Notes under the pieces: model-generated | Told to the model about the DNA's origin: nothing | Database searches by the model: none | What the model saw: the letters and a program-made list of their open reading frames with translations, nothing else | Translations under genes and position numbers: made by a program | Part shown: positions 1 to 11,164 of the stretch, piece by piece | Layout of the letters: each line of letters opens with the position of its first letter | Position numbering within the stretch: position 1 is the first letter of the stretch | Source: Promethearchaeota archaeon | GTDB taxonomy: Archaea > Asgardarchaeota > Lokiarchaeia > Sigyniarchaeales > SOKP01 | Direction: 5' to 3' | Length of the DNA: 64,000 bases | Assembly (NCBI GenBank): GCA_048937405.1 | Contig: JBHLNF010000001.1 | Span: 656,785-720,784, forward strand

Positions 1-109
1 AAACTTGCTCGGGTCCAGTGAATACGAGAAAATATACTCCTACACCAACGCCGACAGCTATAACAGCAATAAGGACAATAGCTACTATTCGTTTAGTTCC
101 ACTTTCCAT
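1..109 (-). CDS. Partial CDS (N-terminus only), membrane-anchored exported protein, possibly a solute-binding protein
   Basis: Translated by hand: MESGTKRIVAIVLIAVIAVGVGVGVYFLVFTGPEQV, running off the window edge. N-terminal hydrophobic anchor; SD-like GAAGTGA upstream. Confidence 0.7.
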   Translation of the reverse strand, partial: MESGTKRIVAIVLIAVIAVGVGVGVYFLVFTGPEQV

Positions 110-292
110 TTTTTAGATCACTTCAAAATTTATTTTTTATTTTTCATTTATAATTAGATTTTAACAAGTAATAGTTCATTTAAACATATATTTAAAAGTT
201 ATCAAATTTTTATAGTAGACATTTAATATTTATTCCTACTGAAATTTGAGGAAAGGGGTTTTTTTTCCCCGTCTATAAATACTCTACCTCTA

Positions 293-3200
293 TTAAAATA
301 TAAAAGCACCTGAAATCTGTATAACAAATATTATTCCAAAAAATATGAGTAAGATAATTAAAAAAATAAGCGTATAAAATCGCCACTTAATTGATATATT
401 TTCCTTTTTTTCTTTAAAAATCATATAAGGTAATAAGATTGCCCCTACAATCCAAATTGAAATCCAAATAGTAAAAATATACCAAATTGGTGTGATAAAA
501 GCAAATAAAACTATAATAACACTACTCCAACTAATAATTAAACGGATCATTCTCCTTCTAAACTTTATATCTGGATCGTCAGATTTTTTAGATGGCATAA
601 ATGAATAAAGTAAGCCAAAAATAGGAAATATTAGAAGAGTTGCATGAATAGGATTTAAAAGACCAAATATTACATCTGAGAAAAGAATACCAAAAAATAT
701 TGAAGCAATTATATTAATAATTGTCCAAATAGCCCTGTAATGAATCTTAATAAAATAGCTTATTTTTAAAAGAACATTCTTAATTATTGTTTTTAGAAGT
801 CTGAAAATTTTTGATATTGTATCAACAATCCAACTGAAAATTTCTTTTAGTTGTTCTAATAAGAAAATAAAGGGATAAATTAGAAGCATTATAACAAAAA
901 TAATAATACTAAATATAGAGGATAAAGAAAGCTGGTAAATTATTGAACTTAATAAGAAAAATATTACTAACCAAAAAGTCAATGCTAAAATCGAATGTTT
1001 CTTAAATGGTTTCACTATTATTATCAGAAATATCATAAAAATCAAGAAAGTAATGTTTATATTCAACAGGTGATTATATCCACTGAAATACTCTAATAAT
1101 AAATATAAATCAACGGATAATAAAGCTCCTGAGGTTAAAAAGGCGCTTGATTTCAATATTTTTCGCAGTTTTTCTTCTAAAAAGCTATCAAATAGGGTTA
1201 TTAATAGTAAAATTAAAACAGCAATAAGTATTAAATTAAGATTCATGTTAAAATTGAAGCTAATGAAGTATAAAGGCCAAGTAATGAAATTAATATAAGA
1301 AACAATTATTAGATTAAGTTTAATTTGCTCTTTGTGTAAAACAATTGCATGCCAACTAGATATTAATCTCAAAAGATAAGTAAACTCAATGATAAAGACT
1401 ATTATAACGAGCGGTATAACAGTATAGAATATTTCAATAAAAAAGGTATTATAAAACCAAATTAAATAAAATAAGGAAAAAGCCATAATTAAACCCCAAG
1501 ATAATAACTCAAAATAAGTAACACTTCTTCCTAAAAATTTTAGAAGTTTTTTATCGATAATCATTAAGACGTGAATAATACAGCTAATTACTAATAAAAT
1601 TATTTGGAAATTTATTCTTTGTATAATTAATAATTGTAGTATAATAATACTCAATAAAAAATAGAAAAATGCTCCTAAAATGTGTTGGATAGAGCTTTTA
1701 TATCTTCTAAATGTATCTATCTTCTGAGGGGATAACATTTCTAATGATTTAAAAAGAGAGAAATTTGAATAGAATTGCATTATAAGAAATATCAAAAACT
1801 CTAAACTCAATAAGATAGAATATAGAGATATATATTGATTTAAGATAATAAGTAGCATTATTGAAATAACAATAAAGGAAATGGAGTGAACAAATCTTGC
1901 ATAAAATTTTATTATTTTTTTTATCGAATAAATGTCTAAAATCGTTAAAATGAATAATATTAATAAAGAAGAGAGGATACTCTCAAATAATCCCAAATAC
2001 TTGATTGATAGTCCATATGTAATTAAGCTTATTTCAAGATATAATGCTAAAAATAAATTTGAATGCATCTTTTCCAAAAAATTCGGATATTTTTGTTCAG
2101 GTAAAATTTTATTATAGATTTTTATGGTATTAAACGTTAAACATATTTGCAAAAATATAATTATATTAACTATAAGGAAATTCAAATAATTTAGGATATG
2201 AAAAATATAGGCTAAATTTATTCCTGATAATCCTTGAAATACGATAAAAAGAATAAATTCGACCCGATTTTTTAAAGTTTTCTCAAACTTAATTAAAAAG
2301 TAGCTTAAAAAATATAAGAATAGAAAAGCATTTTGAATTAATAACGAATATTCTAGAAATCCTCTTATTTCTTCAAAGAGTAGTAATAATCCTCCTGAAA
2401 TTAGAGAACTTAAGTAAAAAGAACTCCAAATAAATGAATTATAGATGAGAATCAAGCGAGTAGAAGATCTTATTGAATGGTATTTATCTAAGTGAGAGGA
2501 TAATTTAACAGAGATAAGATTTAGGAGAGATATTGTTAACATTAACAGAAATAGATTTAAATATAATAAAAACAAAAGTACTGCTAATGTATTACAGAAA
2601 ATTAACCATGACCATAGATTGAACCAATTCCTAGTTGATTTAAACATGAATTTAAAATAATAGTTATCTAATATGAAACCTTCTATGAACAAAATTCCAC
2701 TAAACAATATTAAAAATGAAAATATAATAAAACGAATTTCCCAATTAATAAAAAAAAGATAAAGTAATAGATTAAATCCTGAAGCTAAAGGAATTAGGAG
2801 GTATAAAATATAACTAATTTTATTGAAAAAGAGGGTATATTCTTTAAAATTCACGTTTAAATCCGATTTTTCGATGTATTTCATGCAAAATAAGAAAAGA
2901 ACTGACCATATTATGAGAAAATCACATAGTTGGTATATTATTAAAATTTGAGTAAATAATAGCTGTTTCATTAAATTTGGTAAAATTATTCCAATAAATA
3001 ATGAAATACAAATTGAGTTTAATAGAAAACATATAAAATTAAACCACCTTAACTGAATTTTATTTTTGTAAATTCTAAAGATACTATTTTCTATTTCTTG
3101 AGATTCTTGTTTTATTTCTTGCGTTTCCTGTTGGACTGACTTTTTGAAGATATTAATAATAATCTGAAAAACAATGAGATATAACATTGACCAAGTTAGC

Positions 3201-6200
3201 AACCAATAAGGTTGAATAACGTCTAAACTTAACATAGCTTCCAAAATTGGAGAATTTATAGGAATTGGGAAGCAAAACCAGAGGAAATAGCGATATTCTT
3301 TAATTAAAAAATAAAAAAATAAAATAGATACAGAAGAAAAAGTCGAAATTAATATCCCTGGTGACGCCTTGAAAATCAATGATACAAAAGAAGTAGCAGA
3401 TAATGAAGCTCCAATAATGATAATTAAATATTGAATTATGTTATTGATAGGTAGTCCCATTCTATATCGATTAAAAATGAAAAATGAGAAACCAATAACA
3501 GTTAACCAAAGAGAGGACGCTAATACAAAAAATCCAGTTATAAGATTGATCATATTGAATATTAACCAGGCTAAATTAAATATTAGTATCCATGAGAGGC
3601 TAAAATCTATAATTTTACTAACATATTTATTTGAAATCTTTATATATTTTGAGGAAAAAAGACTCAAACCTACAACAATAAAGCTGATGTTTATAGAAAA
3701 AATGAGATCTAAAATTAATAAATAAAGAATAGAAACGACTGTGAAAAAGATACCTAAAAGACTCACAATATATGCACATAATAAAATAAGTTCACGAGAT
3801 CTTATATTTGGAAAAAATGAATAGACAATTAACAAAAAGCCAATAACTAAAACATCAATTGAAATTGCAATTTCTAAATCAACACTAATAGATATTAAAT
3901 AAAAAAATAAAAAGAAACCATTAACAGCAGTTAACATAAGCCAAATTTTAGATACAATTTTCCAATATTTAACTCCTACGAACAATGGCATTAATAGGAT
4001 AACTGCAAATAAAAGAAAAGATAAATTTCTTAATAAGAGATTACTAATAAATAAATTTAGACTAATCCAATAGAGTAAGAATAGGCTTTCACCCCATATA
4101 ATAAATATAATTTGAAAAAAGTATTTCTTAATTTTTGTATACAGGACAGGTAAAAAAAATAAAGAACATATTATTATCGATATTATAAATGAACCTTTTA
4201 CTTGAAATACCCCAAATTGTAATGAATCAGTAAGTACATCAATTCCAGTAAAACTCTGATATATGATAAAGAAGTTTATAAAAGGTAGAATATTCCATAC
4301 ATACCATCCTGATTTCCAAATTGTCCATGAAATCCTCCAATGATATATTCCAATACAAAAATAAAAAAGAAAAACGCCAAAATCTATAGCGAATATTAAC
4401 GGAACTATAGATAATACGTGCATTGATAGAGAAGCAATGATTATAAAATATAAAAAAGTTGGAAAAGCTATAACTATAGAAGCAAGTATAGCAAAGAAAA
4501 ATTTATTTCTAAGCCTTTTTGGAGCATCATTATATAATAAAATTAATCCAAAATCTGATATACTTAGAGTGAGAGTGAAAGTTAAAATTGGATTGTAAGT
4601 ACCATAAATCTGATTATTAAAGAACCATGAGTATGATAAAAAGCTAATAAAGTCAAAGACAAATAAAATTACACAAGGTTTAATAAACCATTTATAACGT
4701 TCATCTTTTTGATGGTGAAAGTAAATTCCTGTAAAGAATAAGAATAAGAAAATTGAAATTGTTACGTTATAAATAGCTAAAATATTTGTAAAATTCATGA
4801 GAGAAATAAACGAGAGAATAGAAATTAACAAATATAATGAAAATTTTTCTTGGGTATTGTTTTTCTTAATATTTAGAGTAATAGAGAAAATTAAAACGGA
4901 AATTGTCGTTAAGAGATATAGATTGATGATTATACTTATGTTTGTTAAATTTAGCCCTATCACAACACCATAACTATCTAGAATTACTAGAATCGCAGCA
5001 AAAGTATAATAACTCAACAGAAAATATGATAAAAACCTAAAAATGGAGCTTATACTTCTCTTAGAAAGAATAAGCATATAAGATATTAATATAAGGAGAA
5101 TTGAAAGAGTACTATTAACATAAAGAAGGCTGAAAAATAAGATGATTGAAGTTAGATATAATCTGTAAATATTCAGTGAAGATGACTGTTCTATTACTTC
5201 ATTATATTTTATAGAAAAATAATATAAAATTAAAATCAGATTAACTGTGAGAGATATTATTTTCAAAAGTGAATTTTGATAGAACAATGGTATTGAATTT
5301 AATAAATTGAACAAAATTTCTATATAAATACCCAATAAAGAAAGGTTAAATACAATTTCAGTTATTTTTTTCAATAATAATTTATTTTTGGATGAAATTA
5401 ACCTCAGATTTTTTAGTATGTGAAGGCTTAATGGTGTAAGAATAGTAAATATTAATGATATAAGTAAAATTTTATTTACAATAAAAAATTGATAAGCAAA
5501 CACTTCAATTAGCATATAAATTAAAAAACATAATATTATCTTTATGATCATCCATGCAATTAATTCAGAAATAATTTTTACTTGAGTTAATTTCAGACTT
5601 ATTAAATTATCACTCACTATCAAAAGTAAAAGAAATAATGTGGTAAAAAAACCAATCAGAATAGTGGAATTGAATACTATTGAACTTAAAAAAAGATAAG
5701 ATAGAATATTTGTTGAAAGACTTAAAAATGTGAAAATGTATGATATTGAAATAATTATTCCATAAATTATGATATCTTGATACTTTTTCAAGGTTAAATA
5801 TTTTGGGTCATAGGAGGATGTTAATTTCAAGGTATAAATACTCAATAAAAAGAATAATAAGAAGCTACAACTTAACGTTAGAAAAACTACAGGAGTTAAT
5901 GTAAACCTATTAATAAAGGTCGAAGAAATATAATAAGAAAGAAGTAATGAAAATAGAAACCAGATAATTAGTTTAAGCAATTTGGAGTTTCTTATATATT
6001 TTTCTTTCAACTTAATTTTGATAGCGATAATCTCGAAAATATTAAGAAAAACAAATAGAATTAATAGTGTTAGAGTTATTATTGGAATAAAATTCGCTGC
6101 GAATCCAAATACTTCTATTCCAATGATAAATGGCAATGAAACAATTAAACATGATAATGCTGTAAAATTATAGATTGTTAATTGTCTTACTGATACTAGA

Positions 6201-9200
6201 TTGAAATATTCTTTTTTATAAGCATAATAGAAAATAAAAAACCAAGAGAAAAATAATGCAATAAAAGAAATAAGGATGTTATAAAAAATACCGCCTAACA
6301 ATAAAAATGGATAAAAAAATATTGTTGAAATCGAAATAAAAAATATGGTAATGAATTGTAATCTCCCTAAAATTAAAATAAATTTGCTGTTTAATTCTAA
6401 ATTTTTAGATAGATTACTGAGAATAAATAAAAAAGTAAAAAAAATGTAGAGGGAAAAGTTAATAATATTTATTGGTAAAAGCTTAGAATAAAATATCAAC
6501 CCTTTATTTATTAAATCTAAACTAATTATTAATGGAATTGAAGTAAGTAAACCTGTTAAAGCAATAGAAGTTAAAATTATTCCTAATTTAGCGAGTTTAA
6601 TATGAAACAACTGTTTCTTATAAGAGTAAAAAAGAGGTATGTAAAAGAAGCAGAACATAAAAATTAATGGTAATACAATACAATAAAAAGTCCCAGTTAA
6701 TAAAAAAAATGTATAATAGAAGACCGTCGTAATACCAATACTTAAAGTTAAAATTACATGTAATTTAAGAACCAGATTAACTCGATTTTCATCAGTCTTA
6801 ATTTTCTTCAATATGAAATAATAAATGTCAAGAAGAATAAATGCAATATACAGAGTAAAATTGATAACAGAAAATATTAAAAAAATTAAATCAAAATAAA
6901 ATCCTAAATTGAACAATTCCAAACCTATAATTGTGGGAATTAATGATATTGTAGCTGAAAATAGCAAACTGTTTACTTTTAATAATTTGGATGTAAAGTT
7001 TTTGAAAATCCCTTTCCTCCTCAAATATAGAATTGGAAAGTAAAAGGTTATGGTAAAGATCAGAAGAGGAATTATCAAAACATAAGTTGTATTAAAAGTT
7101 AGCAATAAAAAGAAATAAAAAGCTATAGGTGAACTATATAATAGAATAAATATGTTTATTCTAAAGATGAGATCTTCAGAAAAGAATTCTATTTTTGAAA
7201 ATAGATTGATTATTCCTCCAACAATTATTAATGAAAAATATAATGAATAGATTATATTTTCAACGAAGGATAAAGACTGAAAAATAATAAAAAAAATAGA
7301 GAAAAAGAAAGATAAAATCTCAGTACCAATTAAATATGAATTGATTTTATTGTTTCTCATAAATTTGGATTCATTTATTTTTTCTAAACTCATACCAAAT
7401 TTCAATATTATATAGTAGAAAATAGATGAAATTAAACAATCTAATATTAGAATGATGATATTTATATTAAGTAAGGAGATAATCAGTAAAGATATAAAAA
7501 AATTAACAAGAAATATCCAAAAAATAAAATAACTGAACATCAAGAAGTATTGTAATTTAAAGATATTTAGACTATAATTTAGAAAAAGAAAAATAGTGAA
7601 TACTATTGGAAATAAAATCATTGATATACAGATAGAATATAAAAAATTGACAAATTCAAATACCAGAAAATTCCTAAAATTAATGAAAATAAAAATAACA
7701 AATTCAATTAAAAAACTTATTATAACTGTATATATTCTGAAAGATTTAGGACTTTTAACGTAAAAATATCTAATCCCTAAAATGTATAGAGAAATTAGTA
7801 AAGTTACTAAAATGATAATGCAATGTAAGAGAATATTTGAAATTAGAATTATTAAGGGATCAGATGTAAAAGATGTATATTCGATAATAGCTATTGGAAA
7901 GAATGAGTATAATATTGGTATAAAACTTGCAATAGCCAGTAAATTTTGGTAAACAAGAATATCATCTTTATTAAAATATTCATATTTAACAAAAATTTGT
8001 AATACAAAATACAATGAAAGACAAAATATTAAGAAATTTAATAAAATTATCTCATGCATTAATGGTATTACCCCAAAAGCAACAGAAAACAAAATTGAAA
8101 TTGAATTTAACAACGCTATGTATCTGTTGTACTTTTTAGGACAGAGTTCTGATTTTTGTTCATAATAGACAAGAAAAAAAATAAATGGAAGTATAATTAA
8201 ATTTAAGAGAGGAACTTCAATTAAAAAAGAGAAAATAGTTATTAGTAAAATTAAAACAATAGATATATATGAATTATGTTTTTGATATCTGATATACTTT
8301 TGTATACCACTTTCTCTTGAATTTTCACCTTTTTTAGATATGTAGAATAGATTAAAAAGTTTCGAGTTATAATATACACTAACATAGAACCTAGATTTAA
8401 AAAAAAATAAGATAAAAATGAAAGTTAAAAAAGCATTACTTATTATTTCTAGGTTTGAGTACAATGTACCTCTGAGACTGAATATTAGAATATTAACAAA
8501 TGGCATTTGAATTAATAAGATAAAAAAAAGATTGACTATGAAAATTACAAATTGCTGTTTATAAGTAATCAGGTCCTTTAGAATTGGCTTATTCTCAACA
8601 ATCAGTTCTTTAATCTTATTAATTTGATTTTTAGTTGATGATAAAGTTAATATGTAGATAAGAATGTTTGTAATTAAACAAAAAAGCCAAGAAAATTCGG
8701 TAAATGTTGTAAAACTCAGAAATATAATATGAATGAAGTAATTGACGACAATGATAAAATTATCTGGTTGTTTAAGTGATGATTTAATATTTTTTGCATG
8801 TTTAAACTCCTTCTCCTCTAAATTAAAATAATCTAATGGTTGAAATTTATAATAATAATATACGATATTATAAAGAATTGTATAACTAACTAGAGGAAGT
8901 AAAGTAAAGTGAATATTTACAGGGGAAATTAAATAAAATATTGGTGTTATTAGCAAAGAAAAGATAGTAATCAAAAATAAACTATGAATTCTGGCGGGGG
9001 GGTTATTTTTTTTATTTAAAAAGAATGGTTTTCTTCTATATTTATCATATACTTTAAAAAAAAATAGGAGAGCATAAATAAAACTTAATACAGAAAATGA
9101 GAATGAAATGTAAAAATTTACTCCAGATTGAGTGAGGATCACAATTACTAAAAACGAAATAATCAACGGAGCAATAATTAAATAAAAACAAAACCACCAA

Positions 9201-9268
9201 GACTTTTGGAGAAATTCAGTGGCTTTTTTAATTTTTTCTTGTGAGTTATTACTATTTTCCGTTAACAT
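293..9268 (-). CDS. Giant polytopic membrane protein (2991 aa) with internal ~133-aa 4-TM repeats
   Basis: Uninterrupted 9 kb ORF of alternating hydrophobic helices and short Lys-rich loops along its whole length; no recognisable soluble domain. Confidence 0.85.
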   Translation of the reverse strand: MLTENSNNSQEKIKKATEFLQKSWWFCFYLIIAPLIISFLVIVILTQSGVNFYISFSFSVLSFIYALLFFFKVYDKYRRKPFFLNKKNNPPARIHSLFLITIFSLLITPIFYLISPVNIHFTLLPLVSYTILYNIVYYYYKFQPLDYFNLEEKEFKHAKNIKSSLKQPDNFIIVVNYFIHIIFLSFTTFTEFSWLFCLITNILIYILTLSSTKNQINKIKELIVENKPILKDLITYKQQFVIFIVNLFFILLIQMPFVNILIFSLRGTLYSNLEIISNAFLTFIFILFFFKSRFYVSVYYNSKLFNLFYISKKGENSRESGIQKYIRYQKHNSYISIVLILLITIFSFLIEVPLLNLIILPFIFFLVYYEQKSELCPKKYNRYIALLNSISILFSVAFGVIPLMHEIILLNFLIFCLSLYFVLQIFVKYEYFNKDDILVYQNLLAIASFIPILYSFFPIAIIEYTSFTSDPLIILISNILLHCIIILVTLLISLYILGIRYFYVKSPKSFRIYTVIISFLIEFVIFIFINFRNFLVFEFVNFLYSICISMILFPIVFTIFLFLNYSLNIFKLQYFLMFSYFIFWIFLVNFFISLLIISLLNINIIILILDCLISSIFYYIILKFGMSLEKINESKFMRNNKINSYLIGTEILSFFFSIFFIIFQSLSFVENIIYSLYFSLIIVGGIINLFSKIEFFSEDLIFRINIFILLYSSPIAFYFFLLLTFNTTYVLIIPLLIFTITFYFPILYLRRKGIFKNFTSKLLKVNSLLFSATISLIPTIIGLELFNLGFYFDLIFLIFSVINFTLYIAFILLDIYYFILKKIKTDENRVNLVLKLHVILTLSIGITTVFYYTFFLLTGTFYCIVLPLIFMFCFFYIPLFYSYKKQLFHIKLAKLGIILTSIALTGLLTSIPLIISLDLINKGLIFYSKLLPINIINFSLYIFFTFLFILSNLSKNLELNSKFILILGRLQFITIFFISISTIFFYPFLLLGGIFYNILISFIALFFSWFFIFYYAYKKEYFNLVSVRQLTIYNFTALSCLIVSLPFIIGIEVFGFAANFIPIITLTLLILFVFLNIFEIIAIKIKLKEKYIRNSKLLKLIIWFLFSLLLSYYISSTFINRFTLTPVVFLTLSCSFLLFFLLSIYTLKLTSSYDPKYLTLKKYQDIIIYGIIISISYIFTFLSLSTNILSYLFLSSIVFNSTILIGFFTTLFLLLLIVSDNLISLKLTQVKIISELIAWMIIKIILCFLIYMLIEVFAYQFFIVNKILLISLIFTILTPLSLHILKNLRLISSKNKLLLKKITEIVFNLSLLGIYIEILFNLLNSIPLFYQNSLLKIISLTVNLILILYYFSIKYNEVIEQSSSLNIYRLYLTSIILFFSLLYVNSTLSILLILISYMLILSKRSISSIFRFLSYFLLSYYTFAAILVILDSYGVVIGLNLTNISIIINLYLLTTISVLIFSITLNIKKNNTQEKFSLYLLISILSFISLMNFTNILAIYNVTISIFLFLFFTGIYFHHQKDERYKWFIKPCVILFVFDFISFLSYSWFFNNQIYGTYNPILTFTLTLSISDFGLILLYNDAPKRLRNKFFFAILASIVIAFPTFLYFIIIASLSMHVLSIVPLIFAIDFGVFLFYFCIGIYHWRISWTIWKSGWYVWNILPFINFFIIYQSFTGIDVLTDSLQFGVFQVKGSFIISIIICSLFFLPVLYTKIKKYFFQIIFIIWGESLFLLYWISLNLFISNLLLRNLSFLLFAVILLMPLFVGVKYWKIVSKIWLMLTAVNGFFLFFYLISISVDLEIAISIDVLVIGFLLIVYSFFPNIRSRELILLCAYIVSLLGIFFTVVSILYLLILDLIFSINISFIVVGLSLFSSKYIKISNKYVSKIIDFSLSWILIFNLAWLIFNMINLITGFFVLASSLWLTVIGFSFFIFNRYRMGLPINNIIQYLIIIIGASLSATSFVSLIFKASPGILISTFSSVSILFFYFLIKEYRYFLWFCFPIPINSPILEAMLSLDVIQPYWLLTWSMLYLIVFQIIINIFKKSVQQETQEIKQESQEIENSIFRIYKNKIQLRWFNFICFLLNSICISLFIGIILPNLMKQLLFTQILIIYQLCDFLIIWSVLFLFCMKYIEKSDLNVNFKEYTLFFNKISYILYLLIPLASGFNLLLYLFFINWEIRFIIFSFLILFSGILFIEGFILDNYYFKFMFKSTRNWFNLWSWLIFCNTLAVLLFLLYLNLFLLMLTISLLNLISVKLSSHLDKYHSIRSSTRLILIYNSFIWSSFYLSSLISGGLLLLFEEIRGFLEYSLLIQNAFLFLYFLSYFLIKFEKTLKNRVEFILFIVFQGLSGINLAYIFHILNYLNFLIVNIIIFLQICLTFNTIKIYNKILPEQKYPNFLEKMHSNLFLALYLEISLITYGLSIKYLGLFESILSSLLILFILTILDIYSIKKIIKFYARFVHSISFIVISIMLLIILNQYISLYSILLSLEFLIFLIMQFYSNFSLFKSLEMLSPQKIDTFRRYKSSIQHILGAFFYFLLSIIILQLLIIQRINFQIILLVISCIIHVLMIIDKKLLKFLGRSVTYFELLSWGLIMAFSLFYLIWFYNTFFIEIFYTVIPLVIIVFIIEFTYLLRLISSWHAIVLHKEQIKLNLIIVSYINFITWPLYFISFNFNMNLNLILIAVLILLLITLFDSFLEEKLRKILKSSAFLTSGALLSVDLYLLLEYFSGYNHLLNINITFLIFMIFLIIIVKPFKKHSILALTFWLVIFFLLSSIIYQLSLSSIFSIIIFVIMLLIYPFIFLLEQLKEIFSWIVDTISKIFRLLKTIIKNVLLKISYFIKIHYRAIWTIINIIASIFFGILFSDVIFGLLNPIHATLLIFPIFGLLYSFMPSKKSDDPDIKFRRRMIRLIISWSSVIIVLFAFITPIWYIFTIWISIWIVGAILLPYMIFKEKKENISIKWRFYTLIFLIILLIFFGIIFVIQISGAFIF

Positions 9269-9420
9269 CGCCCATTATAAATTGAGGTTTACTTTGAAAA
9301 TAATGAAATTTTATATTTATAAATATATCAGAGCATTGGTTATTAATGTAAAGGGGTAATTAACAAAATTCTAACATTAATTCTATTAAATAAATTATTG
9401 AAACGATGAAAAGCTAATAT

Positions 9421-10755
9421 TTATTTAAAATTTGGTAAAAAGCTTTTTTGTAGTTCAAACAACTCATTAAAAATAGATTCTGCTTTTTTAAAACTTCCTA
9501 CGTTAGGATCGATTGCTAATGATGCAATTGCAATCTCCTTAGATTCTTTTAGAACAGCCTCGACGCAAAGATCTTGTATTGAAGCTTCAATACGAAGTAA
9601 TGCTGCTATATTTTTTGGTAGATTAATAGAGTTAACTCCATGCACACCGTTTTTATTGACTACCGCAGAACATTCTAAGATAAGGTCTTGAGGTAAATTC
9701 TTCACTATATTATTATTTGGGATATTTACAGCAACCTCATAAGAATTCTCATCATTTATTATTGCTTCGATTATCGGGATTGCTCTTTCTATTGAAACTT
9801 CTTCGTATAATATTCCCTTCTTAGGATATTTACCTTTTTTAAGTCTTTTATGATAATTAAGAAACTTATTATAAAAAAATTGTCCTTCTTTATCAATAAA
9901 ATCAATCCAATCAATCATATCCTGTGTCTCAGTAAATTCCTCACCAAATTGTAAGTATTCTCCTATATGGTTATCCCCTACGTATGGAAAATAACCAAAT
10001 CTCTTAAAAATTTCAAATGTTAAAGTTGAAAATTCAAATCGATCATCATGTTCTTTAAAATAGTCCATAGCAATTGAATTAAAAGATGGTAATAAATCTT
10101 TTCCAGTAGATAAATCTTCGATTCCCATTAAAAATGCAAAATGATTTAATCCAGCAACATTCATTTTTAACTCATCTATCGGTTTTTTAAATATCCTTGG
10201 TAAATGTTTTACCATAAATGAAATTTGATGACATAGTCCAATGAATTTTAGATTTTTTACACTCCTCTTAATTGCTAAACATACTCTTGACATTGGATTT
10301 GAGAAGTTAATGAAAAAAGCATTTGGACATAGTTCCTCCACATCTTTCACAATCTCAATAATAGGGGGAATTATTCTCCAAGCATGAAAAGTACCACCTG
10401 GTCCACCACATTCTCCTAAAATCTGCTTAGAACCATAATTTCTAGGTATTTCATAATCTTGGCGCCATAATTTCATTCTATCTCCTACTTCTATTGAATT
10501 AATAATGAAATCTGCCCCTCTTAGTGCTTTCTTCCTATCAGTCGTCTGTTCAAGAATGAATTTGTTTTCTCGCCTCTCATTTTCAACCATTAAGAGATCA
10601 TATACAATTTCCAACTTTTTTTTATTTATATCATGAAGAACTATTATTGAATCTTCCAAAACCTTACTTAAATAGATATCATTAAACATAGGTAAACCAA
10701 AAGAGGTCGAACCTGCTCCGATTAAAACAATTTTCCTATTCATTTTATTTTCCAA
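9421..10755 (-). CDS. Glycoside hydrolase family 4 (NAD+/Mn2+-dependent alpha-galactosidase/alpha-glucosidase)
   Basis: KIVLIGAGS Rossmann motif, GECGGPGG, NFSNP, GLCH and GLNH GH4 motifs. Confidence 0.9.
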   Translation of the reverse strand: MENKMNRKIVLIGAGSTSFGLPMFNDIYLSKVLEDSIIVLHDINKKKLEIVYDLLMVENERRENKFILEQTTDRKKALRGADFIINSIEVGDRMKLWRQDYEIPRNYGSKQILGECGGPGGTFHAWRIIPPIIEIVKDVEELCPNAFFINFSNPMSRVCLAIKRSVKNLKFIGLCHQISFMVKHLPRIFKKPIDELKMNVAGLNHFAFLMGIEDLSTGKDLLPSFNSIAMDYFKEHDDRFEFSTLTFEIFKRFGYFPYVGDNHIGEYLQFGEEFTETQDMIDWIDFIDKEGQFFYNKFLNYHKRLKKGKYPKKGILYEEVSIERAIPIIEAIINDENSYEVAVNIPNNNIVKNLPQDLILECSAVVNKNGVHGVNSINLPKNIAALLRIEASIQDLCVEAVLKESKEIAIASLAIDPNVGSFKKAESIFNELFELQKSFLPNFK

Positions 10756-10894
10756 CCATATTAATATTAATTAACATCCTATTTTAGTTAAAAGTAAAAT
10801 TAGATTAATAAGTTTATATGAACATTATCAAAACTGTTAATTTCTTTGCATGTCAAACCAAGTGTTTAATTAATACAATAAATGGGAAGGGAAT

Positions 10895-10909
10895 GGGAAG
10901 ATTTATATA
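10895..10909 (+). promoter_or_regulatory. Putative BRE/TATA promoter of the structured leader and small ORF
   Basis: Purine-rich GGGAAG followed by TTTATATA (10902-10909), about 24 nt upstream of ATG 10933 and the first stem. Confidence 0.5.
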
Positions 10910-10932
10910 GCAATTTTGACTTATTTTAAATA

Positions 10933-11161
10933 ATGAGTTTTTCACATAATACAACGGATTATTGGTGCAAGACCCAAGGTAAGGTATTACCGGTAATCCG
11001 TGGTATTAAGAGAGAATAAATCAAAACTCTTGACCTTTTTCTTATAATTTTTCCTGATTTGTTCTCTTTTATAACTACAACTCAATAAAATTTATTTGAA
11101 ATGGGTCAATAATAAAATTGATTCTCCAAGTGAAGGATTCAATAAAAAATAGAGGTGAAAA
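10933..11161 (+). ncRNA. Putative structured cis-regulatory RNA leader or sRNA
   Basis: 21-bp stem 10947-10967/10988-11008 (one mismatch, three G-U); 13-bp stem 11011-11023/11055-11067; extra pairings 11030-35/11104-09 and 10935-41/11023-29. G-U pairs favour the + strand. Confidence 0.55.
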
Positions 11162-11164
11162 TTT

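Noticed and set aside
293-9268. Calling the giant protein a Piezo homolog
   Set aside because: No recognisable extracellular cap domain or PFEW-type motif; only the 4-TM repeat architecture is similar.
10933-11035. SECIS element (AUGA...GA flanks a stem; Lokiarchaeia have eukaryote-like SECIS)
   Set aside because: The stem is far longer than SECIS helix II, it lies 5' of a gene, and I found no in-frame UGA selenoprotein candidate nearby.
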